NCBI GenBank assembly: GCA_963719495.1
Contig: CAVRCI010000008.1
Location: 121,067-185,066 of the forward strand
Length of the DNA: 64,000 nt
Direction: 5' to 3'
DNA from: an uncultured Verrucomicrobiae bacterium
GTDB lineage: Bacteria > Verrucomicrobiota > Verrucomicrobiia > Chthoniobacterales > JAATET01
The stretch's first letter is position 1, and every line of letters begins with the position of its first letter. This document shows, one piece after another, positions 48,847 through 59,357 of the stretch. Made by a program: the position numbers and the translations under genes. Under the pieces are notes generated by a model. That model worked only from the letters and a program-made list of their open reading frames with translations, was not told the origin of the DNA and ran no database searches.

Positions 48847-50843
48847 AAAGCGAATACCCACCCACCGTCGTCATCGAAAATATCGCCCCGCTCGTCTCGG
48901 GCGGAAAGTATCCGGTCAAACGAGCCGTCGGCGAAGAGCTCACCGTCGAGGCGGACATCTTCAAGGAGGGCCACGACGTCGTGCGGGCGAGCCTGAAGTG
49001 GCGGAAAGTCGGCGAAGACGCGTGGCACGAGACGGCGATGCTGCCGGCGGTGAATGACCGCTGGAGCGGAACGCTGTCGGTGAGCGAGCCGGGGCACTGG
49101 GAGGCGGTGATCCAGGCGTGGGGCGACGACTTCCTTTCGTGGCAGGACGAGGTCATCAAGAAGGTCGACGGCGGCCTTGAGAATCTGACGAGCGAATCGC
49201 TCGAAGGCGCGCGGATGCTGCGCGACGCGGCGAAGCGGTCGAGCGACGCGGCGGACAAGAAGCTGCTCGAGAAAAACGCGAAGGCGCTCGAGAAAGCGAC
49301 GCCCGCCGAGCTGAAGGCGATCGCGACCGATCCCGAAGTCGAGGGGCGGATGGAATATCTGCTCGATCGCACGCTGGCGACGACGGCGGAGCCGGTCATG
49401 CCGATCTGGGTCGACCGGAAGCGCGCGGCCTACGCGGCGTGGTATGAATTTTTTCCCCGCTCTGCCGAGGGGAAGCCAGACTCCGGATCGACCTTCCGCG
49501 ACTGTCTGCCGCGCGTGGACGATGCGAAGGCGATGGGATTCGACGTGATCTACTTCCCGCCGATCCACCCGATCGGCGTGACGAACCGGAAGGGACCGAA
49601 CAACGCGCTGAACGCCGAACCCGGCGATCCGGGCGTGCCCTACGCGATCGGCAATTCCGCGCAGGGCGTGAATGGCGGCGGCCACAAGGACGTCGCGCCG
49701 GAGCTCGGGACGCTGGAGGATTTCGATTGGCTCGTCGGCGAGCTGCACGAGCGCGACATGGAGATCGCGCTGGATTTCGCGATCAATTGTTCGCCGGATC
49801 ACCCCTACGTCCGCGATCATCCCGATTGGTTCTTCAAGCGCCCGGACGGGACGATCAAATACGCCGAGAACCCGCCGAAGAAATATCAGGACGTCTATCC
49901 GCTCAACTTTCACTGCAAGGATTGGCGGGCGCTCTGGGACGAACTGCGCGACGTGCTCGTCTTCTGGGCCGACCGCGGGGTGAAGATCTTCCGCGTCGAC
50001 AATCCCCACACCAAGCCGGTGTCGTTCTGGGAATGGGTGATCGCCGAGGTGCTCGCGAAGCATCCCGACGTGATTTTCCTGAGCGAGGCGTTCACGCGGC
50101 CGAAGATGATGCAGACCCTCGCGAAGGTCGGCTACACGCAGAGCTACACGTATTTCACGTGGCGCGAGACGAAGGAGGATCTCACCGAGTATCTCGAGGA
50201 GCTCACGCAGGGCGAGATGGCCGATTATTTTCGCGGGAATTTCTTCACGAATACGCCCGACATCCTGCCCGGGCATCTGGTCACGGGTGGGCGTCCGGCG
50301 TTTTTGATTCGGGCCGTGCTGGCCACGACGCTGGTTCCGGTCTACGGGATCTACAGTGGATTCGAGCTCTGCGAAAACGAGCCGTATCCGGGCAAGGAGG
50401 AATACAACCACTCCGAGAAATACGATTTCAAGGGCCGCGACTGGAACGCGCCGGGGAACATCAAGGATTGGATCACCGCGCTCAACCGGGCGCGGCGGGA
50501 GAACCGGGCCTTGCAGGAATACCGCAATCTCGAGTTCCACGAATCGGACAACGACCAGATTCTCTTCTTCAGCAAGATGACGGCGGCTCGCGACAACATC
50601 GTGCTCGTCGCGGTGAACCTGGATCCGTTCGCGACGCAGAGCGGATTTGTCGACGTGCCGGTCGCGGATTTCGGGTTGCTGCCCGGAGCGCGGTATCGCG
50701 TGCGGGATCTGCTGTCGGGCGAGACGTTTGCGTGGGAGGGGAGTCGGAATTTCGTCTCGCTCGATCCGCGCAATCGGCCGGCTCACGTGCTCGTCGTGGA
50801 GCGTTGGGTGGGGCGTGAGGATGGGCGGGATCTGTTCGAATAG
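48843..50843 (+). CDS. glgE: Alpha-1,4-glucan:maltose-1-phosphate maltosyltransferase
   Basis: WYEFFPRS, PPIHPIG, YAENPPKKYQD, FRVDNPHTK, FLSEAFT, NTPDIL. Confidence 0.96.
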   Translation: MKSEYPPTVVIENIAPLVSGGKYPVKRAVGEELTVEADIFKEGHDVVRASLKWRKVGEDAWHETAMLPAVNDRWSGTLSVSEPGHWEAVIQAWGDDFLSWQDEVIKKVDGGLENLTSESLEGARMLRDAAKRSSDAADKKLLEKNAKALEKATPAELKAIATDPEVEGRMEYLLDRTLATTAEPVMPIWVDRKRAAYAAWYEFFPRSAEGKPDSGSTFRDCLPRVDDAKAMGFDVIYFPPIHPIGVTNRKGPNNALNAEPGDPGVPYAIGNSAQGVNGGGHKDVAPELGTLEDFDWLVGELHERDMEIALDFAINCSPDHPYVRDHPDWFFKRPDGTIKYAENPPKKYQDVYPLNFHCKDWRALWDELRDVLVFWADRGVKIFRVDNPHTKPVSFWEWVIAEVLAKHPDVIFLSEAFTRPKMMQTLAKVGYTQSYTYFTWRETKEDLTEYLEELTQGEMADYFRGNFFTNTPDILPGHLVTGGRPAFLIRAVLATTLVPVYGIYSGFELCENEPYPGKEEYNHSEKYDFKGRDWNAPGNIKDWITALNRARRENRALQEYRNLEFHESDNDQILFFSKMTAARDNIVLVAVNLDPFATQSGFVDVPVADFGLLPGARYRVRDLLSGETFAWEGSRNFVSLDPRNRPAHVLVVERWVGREDGRDLFE

Positions 50844-50919
50844 CGGTGCGTGGGGTGAGGCGGGGTTTGCTGACGGGTGGCGGGTTTGCGGCTTGGCGGG
50901 AGTCTTGTGAGATGGTGAC

Positions 50920-50945
50920 GGAACGCGCGGCGCGCCCTCCCTACC
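50920..50945. repeat. Single GTAG-type REP
   Basis: GAACGCGCGGCGCGCCCTCCCTACC resembles the REPs flanking the RAYT gene. Confidence 0.6.
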
Positions 50946-50976
50946 TTGGATGGGGCGGCGCTTCGCGCCTTGGGTT

Positions 50977-51651
50977 GTGAAGCCGTTTATCAACATCGCC
51001 GAGGCTCGGGCTCCGGATGGGGCGCTGATGTCGTTGCACTCGAAGGCTGAGCACTATTTTTTGCGGGTCGACGGGGAGGCGTTGATGGCGACGAATGCTC
51101 CGGAGTCGGAGCGGGTGCTGGCCGAAGTGGCGTGTGAAGGTTTGCGCGGTCGGGCCGGGGTGCGGACGCTCATTGGCGGACTCGGGTTTGGGTTTACGCT
51201 GCGGCGGACGTTGGAGTTGGTCGGGCCGGACGCGGTGGTGACGGTTGGGGAGTTGACTCAAACGGTGGTGGATTGGAACCGGGAATATCTGGGCGGCGTG
51301 TGCGGCGAGTGTTTGAACGACGAGCGCGTGCGCGTGCGGGTGGCCGATGTGGTGGGACTCATCAAGGGCGCCGCGCCCGAGTCGCTCGATGCGATCATGC
51401 TCGACGTGGATAATGGCCCGAACGCGATGGTCGCGGCGGGGAACGCGCAGCTTTACGGAATGAAGGGACTGGGCGCGATCCGGCGGGTGCTCAAGCCCGG
51501 CGGGCGGCTGGCGATCTGGGCGGCGGTGCGGGATGGGCAGTTTCCGAAGGCGTTCGCGCGGGCGGGGTTTCGGGTCGACGTCGTGGCGGCGCGAGCGATG
51601 GCAAATTCCAAACGCTGCGCGCACACCGTCTTCGTCGGCGTCAAGGAGTAG
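50977..51651 (+). CDS. Spermidine synthase-like SAM-dependent protein
   Basis: LIGGLGFGFTL, LDVDNGP, LKPGG. Confidence 0.8.
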   Translation: MKPFINIAEARAPDGALMSLHSKAEHYFLRVDGEALMATNAPESERVLAEVACEGLRGRAGVRTLIGGLGFGFTLRRTLELVGPDAVVTVGELTQTVVDWNREYLGGVCGECLNDERVRVRVADVVGLIKGAAPESLDAIMLDVDNGPNAMVAAGNAQLYGMKGLGAIRRVLKPGGRLAIWAAVRDGQFPKAFARAGFRVDVVAARAMANSKRCAHTVFVGVKE

Positions 51652-51723
51652 AGCGAAGGCCCACCGGAGCGGCCGGATGCCTCCGTCGACGATCCGCCGG
51701 GAGGACGCGCTTTCGAGGGGTTC

Positions 51724-52092
51724 TCAAACTGTAACGGGATCGCAGGCTTCCCGGATGGCGGCGACGAGTTCGGCTGGCGTGACGTCCCGGGAGACGGTCG
51801 GCCAGGTGCCGGGATCGGAAGCCGGCGAATCCGGCCTGGCATCGTCGACGATGATTACGGGAAAATCCGGGAGGGGGCTGGCGAGATTGAGGAGGAGGTC
51901 GCGACCGTGAAATCCCGGGTCGGCGTCGATGAGAGCCAGGGCGAAGTTGTGCGTGTCGTCGCCGAGGAGGGCGGTGGCCTCTTCGAGCGAGTGGGCTTGG
52001 CGGAGGAGGTGGCGGGTCTCGATGGCGGCGGCGATGGCGGTCGTCTTGAAGGTTTCGTTCTGGCTGGCGAGGAAGATGATGGGTTGTTGCAT
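51724..52092 (-). CDS. Small degenerate receiver-like protein
   Basis: AHSLEEA, FALALID, FPVIIV pattern resembles a CheY fold; canonical Lys not evident. Confidence 0.5.
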   Translation of the reverse strand: MQQPIIFLASQNETFKTTAIAAAIETRHLLRQAHSLEEATALLGDDTHNFALALIDADPGFHGRDLLLNLASPLPDFPVIIVDDARPDSPASDPGTWPTVSRDVTPAELVAAIREACDPVTV

Positions 52093-52243
52093 GGTGGAAT
52101 GGGTTGTGGGGTCAATGTAGGCCATGAGCGGGCGGAGGACTCACCCCGCGTTGTCGGAAGCTTTGCGGATCTTGCGGAGTTGGTGGTGAGAGAATGCCAA
52201 GATCCGGTGAGGCGCGCGGGTGGGGAGGGGGTAGCCTTCCGCT

Positions 52244-52645
52244 ATGAACGAGAAGCCGAAGGATCGAATCGAGGAGCAATTCGACGCCTCGCGACGCCTG
52301 CTGCTCGTTCGTTTCATCGGGCGGATCGGCGTGGCGGAAATGGAGGATCATCTTGCGGCGGTCGAGCGGCTCGACGCGGCGCTGGGGCCCGGTTTTCATC
52401 TGGCCACGGACCTGAGTCGGGTCGAGTGCATCGACGTGCGGTGCCGGGCGACGCTGGGGCGCGTGATGGAGGCTCTGCGGGCCAGCGGACTGCGCTCCGT
52501 CCTGCGTTGGATCCCGCGACCGGAGCGCGACATTGGTTTTGCCATCCTGTCGCAGTTTCACTACCCGACCGATGTCCATTGCGTGACGTGCGAGACGCGT
52601 GCGGAGTGGGAGGAATGGTTGGCGGACGTGAGCGTGGTCGAATAG
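52244..52645 (+). CDS. Hypothetical protein (possibly STAS/SEC14-like)
   Basis: Clean ORF; LVRFIG, ATDLS pattern. Confidence 0.6.
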   Translation: MNEKPKDRIEEQFDASRRLLLVRFIGRIGVAEMEDHLAAVERLDAALGPGFHLATDLSRVECIDVRCRATLGRVMEALRASGLRSVLRWIPRPERDIGFAILSQFHYPTDVHCVTCETRAEWEEWLADVSVVE

Positions 52646-52693
52646 GGTCGAGCGAAGCGGGGGCGGAGTGGTGCCCGGATTCGATCGATTGAC

Positions 52694-53563
52694 ATGAACG
52701 CGGAACTTCTCAAATCGCTCGCCGGCTCGAAGGTCTTCCGGGATTACGAGCTGGCGTTCAGCGGCGCGACGGGGCTGGCGATTTCGCTGGATTCGCCGGA
52801 GTCGTGGAAGCTGCCGAGGCGGGAGACGACGCCCCAGAACGAGTTCTGCGCGCTGATGGCCAAGATCAACCACTGCTGCGCGGCGTGTCTGCGAACGCAG
52901 GGCGAACTCAAGACGAAGGCGCGGGAGTCGTCGGCGAGCGTGATGTGCGAGTTGGAAATGCTGGACTCGGCGGTGCCCGTCAAGCTGGGGAGCGAGTTGA
53001 TGGGATTCCTCCAAATTGGGCAGGTCTTCTGCAAGCCGCCGACGGCCGTGCAGTTCGGGCGGGTGGCGGCGCGGCTCGCCGGATGGGGCGTGCCGGTGAC
53101 CCCGGCCATCGAGGCAGCTTACTTCAAGACGCGCGTCATGGAGCCGCGGCAATATCAGGCGATGGTCGATCTGCTCGCGATCTTCGCCGACCACCTTTCC
53201 ATTCTGGCGAACCAGCTCGCGGTGCGTCGCGAGCACGCGGAGACCCCGATGGTGAGCCGGGCGAAGGCGTTCATCGCGGAGCACCAGGCGGATGAACTCT
53301 CGCTCGGGCGGGTCGCGAAGGCGTCGAACACGAGCACGTTTTATTTCTGCAAAATGTTCAAAAAAGCGACCGGACTCAATTTTACGGAATACCTGTCGCG
53401 GGTGCGAATTGAGAAGGCGAAGGGACTTCTCATCGATCCCCATCGGCGGGTGAGCGAGGTGGCTTACGAGGTCGGGTTTCAGTCGCTGACGCACTTCAAT
53501 CGCGTCTTTCGCCGGGTCGTGGGCGCCTCGCCGACCGTCTATCGCGCTGGCTTGGCGAAATAG
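52694..53563 (+). CDS. AraC-family regulator with PocR ligand-binding domain
   Basis: [42 protein letters not shown]. Confidence 0.92.
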   Translation: MNAELLKSLAGSKVFRDYELAFSGATGLAISLDSPESWKLPRRETTPQNEFCALMAKINHCCAACLRTQGELKTKARESSASVMCELEMLDSAVPVKLGSELMGFLQIGQVFCKPPTAVQFGRVAARLAGWGVPVTPAIEAAYFKTRVMEPRQYQAMVDLLAIFADHLSILANQLAVRREHAETPMVSRAKAFIAEHQADELSLGRVAKASNTSTFYFCKMFKKATGLNFTEYLSRVRIEKAKGLLIDPHRRVSEVAYEVGFQSLTHFNRVFRRVVGASPTVYRAGLAK

Positions 53564-53633
53564 CCAAGATCGGGCTGGTCTTCGCCAATCGACGCGTATC
53601 GCGATTGCCGGAAAGCTGGGACGGTGCTCGCGT

Positions 53634-55457
53634 ATGAACGAGATCGAATCCCATCCCGCCGCCCCCGCCGCTCCGACCCGCAATCAGGCCCTGCTCGATT
53701 GGGTGGACGGTGTGCGCGAATTGTGTCAGCCCGACCAAGTGCGGTGGTGCGACGGGTCGCGGGCGGAGTCCGACGAATTGAGCGAGGAGATGGTGCAGGC
53801 CGGGACGTTCATCCGGCTGAACCCGGAGATTCGTCCGAACAGCTTCCTGTGCCGGTCGGATCCGAGCGACGTCGCGCGGGTGGAGGACCGGACGTTCATC
53901 TGCTCGAAGCGGAAGCGGGACGCGGGGCCGACGAACAACTGGATGGCGCCCGACGAGATGCGCGAGAAGTTGCAACCGCTCTTCGCGGGCTGCATGCGGG
54001 GGCGGACGATGTACGTGATTCCCTTCAGCATGGGACCGCTCGGGTCGCCGATTTCGCACGTCGGGGTCGAGATTTCGGATTCGCCCTACGTAGTGGTGAA
54101 CATGCGGATCATGACGCGGATGGGGACGGCGGTGCTTGACGTGCTCGCCGACGACGGTGGGTTCGTGCCGTGCGTGCATTCGGTCGGCGCGCCGCTGGCG
54201 GCGGGTGAGGCGGACGTCGCGTGGCCGTGCAATCGCGAGACGAAATACATCGTGCACCTCCCGGAGACGCGGGAGATCTGGTCCTACGGGAGCGGCTACG
54301 GCGGGAACGCGCTGCTGGGCAAGAAGTGCTTCGCGCTGCGGATCGCGTCGTGCATGGCGCGGGACGAGGGCTGGATGGCCGAGCACATGCTCATCGTCGG
54401 TGTCGAGGCGCCGGACGGGGAGAAAAACTACCTGGCGGCGGCGTTTCCGAGCGCGTGCGGGAAAACGAACTTCGCGATGTTGGTGCCGCCGAAGGAGTTC
54501 GAAGGTTGGAAGGTGACGACGATTGGCGACGACATCACGTGGCTGAAACCCGGAACGGACGGGAAGCTTTACGCGATCAATCCGGAGGCCGGGTATTTCG
54601 GCGTGGCGCCGGGAACGTCGGACAAGTCGAACCCGAACGCGCTGGCCTGCTGCGCGCGGGACACGATTTTCACGAACGTCGGACTCACGCCCGAGGGCGA
54701 CGTCTGGTGGGAGGGGATGACGGACGAGCCGCCGGCGAAATTGACCGATTGGAAGGGGCAGGCGTGGACGCCGGATTGTGGCCGACCGGCCGCGCACCCG
54801 AACGCGCGCTTCACCGCGCCAATGGCGAACAACCCGGTGCTGGACGAACGCGCGGACGATCCGGCGGGCGTGCCGATCACCGGGATCGTCTTCGGCGGCC
54901 GGCGGGCGACGACGATGCCGCTCGTGTTCCAGGCGTTCAATTGGATTCATGGCGTCTACCTGGGTGCGACGATGGGCAGCGAAATGACGGCGGCGGCGGC
55001 GGGCACGCTCGGCGCGGTGCGGCGCGACCCGATGGCGATGTTGCCGTTCGCCGGCTACAACATGGGCGCGTATTTTGCCCATTGGCTGGAGATGCGGCGC
55101 GAGATCACGCGGCCGCCGAAAATTTTTCACGTGAATTGGTTTCGCAAGGACGAGGACGGGAAATTTCTCTGGCCGGGCTTCGGCGAGAACATGCGGGTGC
55201 TCGAGTGGATCGTGGGTCGCTGCCGGGGACGGGTCTACGCGGAGGAGACGCCGCTGGGGTGGATGCCGAGTCCGGACGACATCGATATCTCGGGGCTGGC
55301 GGGCTACGACCGCGCGACGCTCGACGCGGCGCTGGCCATCGACGTGCAGGGGTGGAAGCGGGAGCTGATGCTGCAGGACGAATTGTTCTTCGACCTGCAC
55401 GCGGATCTGCCGAAGGAGCTTCTCTTCCAGCGCGAGTTGCTGGTATCGCGTTTGTGA
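53634..55457 (+). CDS. pckG: Phosphoenolpyruvate carboxykinase (GTP)
   Basis: [41 protein letters not shown]. Confidence 0.97.
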   Translation: MNEIESHPAAPAAPTRNQALLDWVDGVRELCQPDQVRWCDGSRAESDELSEEMVQAGTFIRLNPEIRPNSFLCRSDPSDVARVEDRTFICSKRKRDAGPTNNWMAPDEMREKLQPLFAGCMRGRTMYVIPFSMGPLGSPISHVGVEISDSPYVVVNMRIMTRMGTAVLDVLADDGGFVPCVHSVGAPLAAGEADVAWPCNRETKYIVHLPETREIWSYGSGYGGNALLGKKCFALRIASCMARDEGWMAEHMLIVGVEAPDGEKNYLAAAFPSACGKTNFAMLVPPKEFEGWKVTTIGDDITWLKPGTDGKLYAINPEAGYFGVAPGTSDKSNPNALACCARDTIFTNVGLTPEGDVWWEGMTDEPPAKLTDWKGQAWTPDCGRPAAHPNARFTAPMANNPVLDERADDPAGVPITGIVFGGRRATTMPLVFQAFNWIHGVYLGATMGSEMTAAAAGTLGAVRRDPMAMLPFAGYNMGAYFAHWLEMRREITRPPKIFHVNWFRKDEDGKFLWPGFGENMRVLEWIVGRCRGRVYAEETPLGWMPSPDDIDISGLAGYDRATLDAALAIDVQGWKRELMLQDELFFDLHADLPKELLFQRELLVSRL

Positions 55458-55493
55458 CCCGGCGGTGATTGGACTCCGGTTTCCGAATCGCGC

Positions 55494-57161
55494 ATGGATT
55501 GGCTGAACGAATTGATCTCGGGTGGGAGTGTTGCCCACGCCGTCTTCGTCCTCGCTGCGGTGGCGGTGCTCGGGTTGGCGCTGGGCGGGATCAAGGTGCG
55601 GGGAATTGGGCTGGGGATCGCGGGGGTGCTCTTTTCCGGGCTGGCGCTCGGGCACCTCGGCGTCGAGATCTCGCCGCCGGTGCTGGAGTTTGCCCGGGAG
55701 TTCGGGCTGATCCTTTTCGTTTACACGATTGGCGTGCAGGTCGGGCCGGGGTTCTTCGCTTCGCTGCGGAAGCGCGGGTTGCCACTCAATTTGATGGCGA
55801 CAGCGATCGTGCTGCTCGGGGCCGGGATGGCGCTCGCGGTGTCGCGGCTCGGTGGGGTGCCGATGGCGGCGGCGGTCGGGCTGTTCTCGGGCGCGACGAC
55901 GAACACGCCGTCGCTGGGCGCGGCGCAGGAGGCGATCCGGAGCCTGCCGGGGGTGAGCGCGGAGGCGGCGGCGCTGCCGGGGCTGGGCTACGCGGTGGCG
56001 TATCCGTTTGGGATCGTCGGGATCATTCTGTCGATGGTGCTGATCCGCGCAATGTTTCGGGTCGATCTCGCGCGCGAGACGAAGGATCTGCTCGCGGAGG
56101 CGGGGACGGCGGCCCCGAAGCTGGAGCACCGGAATATCCTGGTGACGAATCCGAACTTCGAGGGGCGGCGGCTGGGGGAGCTGGATCTGCTCAACGCGCC
56201 GGGGTTCGTCGTTTCGCGGATCGGTCACGACGGCGGGGTGGCCGTGGCGACGGCGGGTCAGGCTTTGCGGGTGGGCGACACGGTGCTGGCGGTCGGGACG
56301 GCGCGGAAGTTGGACGACTTGCAGCTCATTCTGGGGACGGTGAGTGAGCTGGATCTGCGGCGCGAGGGGAGCGGGTTGGTGATGCGGCGGGTGGTGGTGA
56401 CGCGGAAGGCGATTCTGGGGAAGATGTTGAGCGAGCTGGACTTTCTGGCGCGGCACGAGGTGCGGGTGACGCGGCTCACGCGGGCGGAAGTCGAGTTGAG
56501 CGCGACGCCGACGCAGCGGCTGCAATTCGGCGACATGCTCGTCGTCGTCGGGCGGGAGGAGGAGATCGAGAGCGTGGCGGCGGATCTGGGGAACTCCGTG
56601 AAGCAGCTCAACCACACGGAGCTGATCCCGATTTTTCTGGGGATTGGGTTGGGGGTGCTCGTCGGCAGCATTCCGGTCGCGTTTCCGGGCGTGCCGGCTC
56701 CGGTGAAGCTCGGGCTGGCGGGTGGGCCGTTGATCGTGGCCATTCTCCTCAGCCGGATCGGACGGATCGGGCCGATGGTGTGGGCGATGCCGAACAACGC
56801 GAATTTCGCGCTGCGGGAGATCGGGATCGTCCTCTTTCTGGCGTGCGTGGGGCTGCATTCCGGGGAGAAATTTTTGGACACGCTGGTGAACGGCGACGGC
56901 CTATGGTGGATGGGCATGGCGATGCTGATCACGCTGGTGCCGTTGCTGGTGGTGGGTCTTTTTGCGCGGATCGTGCTGCGGACGAATTACGTGTCGATCT
57001 GCGGGTTGCTGGCCGGGAGCATGACGGACCCGCCGGCGCTGGCGTTCGCGAATACGGTGAGCGGCTCCGATGGACCGTCGATTTCCTACGCGACGGTGTA
57101 TCCGCTCACGATGCTGCTGCGGGTGGTGTGCGCGCAGTTGCTGGTGCTGGTTTTTTGGTGA
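55494..57161 (+). CDS. AspT/YidE/YbjL family transporter
   Basis: GATTNTPSL, two TrkA-C-like domains, LGLAGGPL, GSMTDPPAL, YATVYP. Confidence 0.92.
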   Translation: MDWLNELISGGSVAHAVFVLAAVAVLGLALGGIKVRGIGLGIAGVLFSGLALGHLGVEISPPVLEFAREFGLILFVYTIGVQVGPGFFASLRKRGLPLNLMATAIVLLGAGMALAVSRLGGVPMAAAVGLFSGATTNTPSLGAAQEAIRSLPGVSAEAAALPGLGYAVAYPFGIVGIILSMVLIRAMFRVDLARETKDLLAEAGTAAPKLEHRNILVTNPNFEGRRLGELDLLNAPGFVVSRIGHDGGVAVATAGQALRVGDTVLAVGTARKLDDLQLILGTVSELDLRREGSGLVMRRVVVTRKAILGKMLSELDFLARHEVRVTRLTRAEVELSATPTQRLQFGDMLVVVGREEEIESVAADLGNSVKQLNHTELIPIFLGIGLGVLVGSIPVAFPGVPAPVKLGLAGGPLIVAILLSRIGRIGPMVWAMPNNANFALREIGIVLFLACVGLHSGEKFLDTLVNGDGLWWMGMAMLITLVPLLVVGLFARIVLRTNYVSICGLLAGSMTDPPALAFANTVSGSDGPSISYATVYPLTMLLRVVCAQLLVLVFW

Positions 57162-57310
57162 GGCTTTCATCCCGGCCGACGTTCGCAGATCGGGGCCTCA
57201 TCCGACCTCTCGCGGATGATCGGACACGCCGAGCAAATCCGCGTCGACGCCGCCGCTCGATCGGGGAAGAGGGTAACTCACGGTGCGGCGTAAGCGGCTT
57301 CCACCCGACG

Positions 57311-57481
57311 GGTAGGGCAGCCGCGCCGCCGGGTGCCCACTTCTGGTCAGAAGTGATCGGCGGCTACCAGCGAGTATCCGCTACTCCGCCGAACGCGTGG
57401 CAGGGCGGAAAGCCGGGAGTGGCTCTTGCGCCTTGGGTGAGAGTTATCCGGCGGCTGCCGGAGCGGCGCGGCTTCCCTATC
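57311..57481. repeat. Inverted GTAG-REP pair (REPIN-like)
   Basis: GGTAGGGCAGCCGCGCCGCC at 57311 and GGAGCGGCGCGGCTTCCCTATC ending at 57481. Confidence 0.65.
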
Positions 57482-57593
57482 TGATCAGGACGATGGCTCG
57501 GCTGGCGCCGAGGGAGGTGATGAAACGCTTGGTCGCCCCTGCTACTTCGCGAGCGGAGTCCGACCGCCGTCGTTTTCAAGAAGTCGGGTCAGT

Positions 57594-57865
57594 CCCGAAT
57601 GGCACTGTTTTAAGCGAATCGTCGGCACGACTGTAGCGGCGGTCTGTGACCGCCGGAGCCATCAAGCTCGGGTGCGCAAAACCCAGCGAGATGGTTGGCG
57701 CCGGTCACAGACGTGCCGCTACAGCTTCGCGCTCACCCCACCAACACCGCCAGCGTTGATCGAAAAGACCCCGGTCGCCGATGATCTCGCGAGGGACGGC
57801 CTCCAAGCCGTCCTCACCGCCTTGCGCTATTCACCGAAAATCGGCTGAAAACAGTGCCATTCGGG
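57594..57865. mobile_element. 272-bp MITE with 18-bp perfect TIRs and 5-bp TSD
   Basis: CCCGAATGGCACTGTTTT (57594-57611) and AAAACAGTGCCATTCGGG (57848-57865); TCAGT duplicated at 57589-57593 and 57866-57870. Confidence 0.85.
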
Positions 57866-59251
57866 TCAGTCCCGCAGGCTCGCCGGGAGGATGATCGTGG
57901 CATCGGAGTGAGCGGTTGCCGGGACGCAGAGGGCCGCCAGCGCTTGCGAGGGCCCCACTCGGATGGGTTCCGGCGCAAACGCCCGCCGCCCGGGCCGCTC
58001 GCCGTGGCGGATCCAGTCGGTCACGCGCGGCGCGACGGCTTCCGCCACCGCCGCCGGAAGGTGCTCGTGAATCGCCGCCCGGAGCCGCGCCGGGTCGGCC
58101 GCTCCATCCCGCCGGAAGCGCCAAAGTTCTATCACGTGCATCCTTCGGGCCCCACTGGTCGCGGCATCCGGCGATGAGGCCGAACCCGAAAGCCCCAGGA
58201 CCGTGCGAAAATGCGGCAGCATCATCTCGAAGGCGCGCCGATCCTCGTCGGCGAAGAAACGCTTGTCGCGGACCACGCACGCGTGAAAAACCCACCCGCC
58301 CCCGAGGACAAAATCGGTGCCCAGCGCGTCCTCCATCGCCACCGAGGGTCGCGCCGCCAGGTAGAGGGCGCGCCCGCGCCACTCCCGGACCGGCAGCACG
58401 TCCGAGATCGCCCGCACTCGCCCGTGGCAAGCGCCCAGCAGCGGGTTGCTCGCCGCCGCTCCCATCGTAGCCGTGAAAAAACGATTCCCCGCCCCGCCCT
58501 GATTCGTCGCAAAATCGATGCCGCCCTCCGCCGAGGTCTTGAATGCGAGGTGGATGTCGCCCGGCAGGAGCTTGGCGAGCGTGCGAGCGGCAGCGGTGAG
58601 CGGGCAAGACCCCAGGGCATGCGCGTAGAAAGCCGCGACCTGCTGATTGCGCTCGAACTCCGTCGGGCACCGCGCCCGCGCCGGGCGCGCCGCCGTGGTG
58701 CCGATCCCAACCGTCCGCAGCGCGGTCGCGGGCAGGTGCCACCGCGGCCAGCCGCCCGCGAGGGACGCCAGCAGATCCGCGACGTCATCCCCCGGCCCGA
58801 GCCGCGCGCCGTCGACGAAGATCGCGACCTCCCGAGCCGCCAGCCACCGCGACGGCACGTCGACCGAGTGCTCCATCTGCCCGTCTCGGTTGCGCCCGAC
58901 CGGCGTGCAGGCCAGTAGCGCGGGCAGGTGGCACGTGCCGTCTGCCCCGGTGAACGGGATCGCCGCACAACACCGCCTCGGGTGTTCGGAGAGATTGAAA
59001 AGCGTTCGCGCCGGGGAATGCGGCCCCCCGACCAGGGCTCGCGGGCGCTGATCGGTCGCGTATCGCGTCAGCAAAAGACAGACCGCGCGCATGGCCCGCG
59101 TCCAGGAAAACGCCGGACCGGTCCGCTGCGACCGGTCCCCGCGCACCGTCTCGACCATCGGCTCGCCGCCGCGCGGAGCGAACCGCATCCGGTCCAGCGT
59201 CCAATCACCCCGCACCCGCACAAAGTGCAGCTCGAGGCATCGCAAATGCAT
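57866..59251 (-). CDS. Hypothetical protein; unknown N-terminal domain plus GAF-like domain resembling LuxR-associated sensors
   Basis: NPLL..RAISD..W....LY..MEDALG..RDKRFFADEDR..MLPHF; no HTH at the C-terminus; start inferred. Confidence 0.6.
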   Translation of the reverse strand: MHLRCLELHFVRVRGDWTLDRMRFAPRGGEPMVETVRGDRSQRTGPAFSWTRAMRAVCLLLTRYATDQRPRALVGGPHSPARTLFNLSEHPRRCCAAIPFTGADGTCHLPALLACTPVGRNRDGQMEHSVDVPSRWLAAREVAIFVDGARLGPGDDVADLLASLAGGWPRWHLPATALRTVGIGTTAARPARARCPTEFERNQQVAAFYAHALGSCPLTAAARTLAKLLPGDIHLAFKTSAEGGIDFATNQGGAGNRFFTATMGAAASNPLLGACHGRVRAISDVLPVREWRGRALYLAARPSVAMEDALGTDFVLGGGWVFHACVVRDKRFFADEDRRAFEMMLPHFRTVLGLSGSASSPDAATSGARRMHVIELWRFRRDGAADPARLRAAIHEHLPAAVAEAVAPRVTDWIRHGERPGRRAFAPEPIRVGPSQALAALCVPATAHSDATIILPASLRD

Positions 59252-59357
59252 TGCGGAAAAGTGACTCGACCCAGGCATTTCGGGAAGGCGAAACTGCCAA
59301 TTCTTCCGGAAGACGATACCGGAAGACAAATTAGTCGCTTCCTGACATGGTGAACCA

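Noticed and set aside
53496..56858. 1120-aa minus-strand ORF and similar long antisense ORFs (e.g. 41760-44105, 44684-46951, 48708-50996)
   Set aside because: Shadow frames of well-supported genes in high-GC DNA, with no motifs
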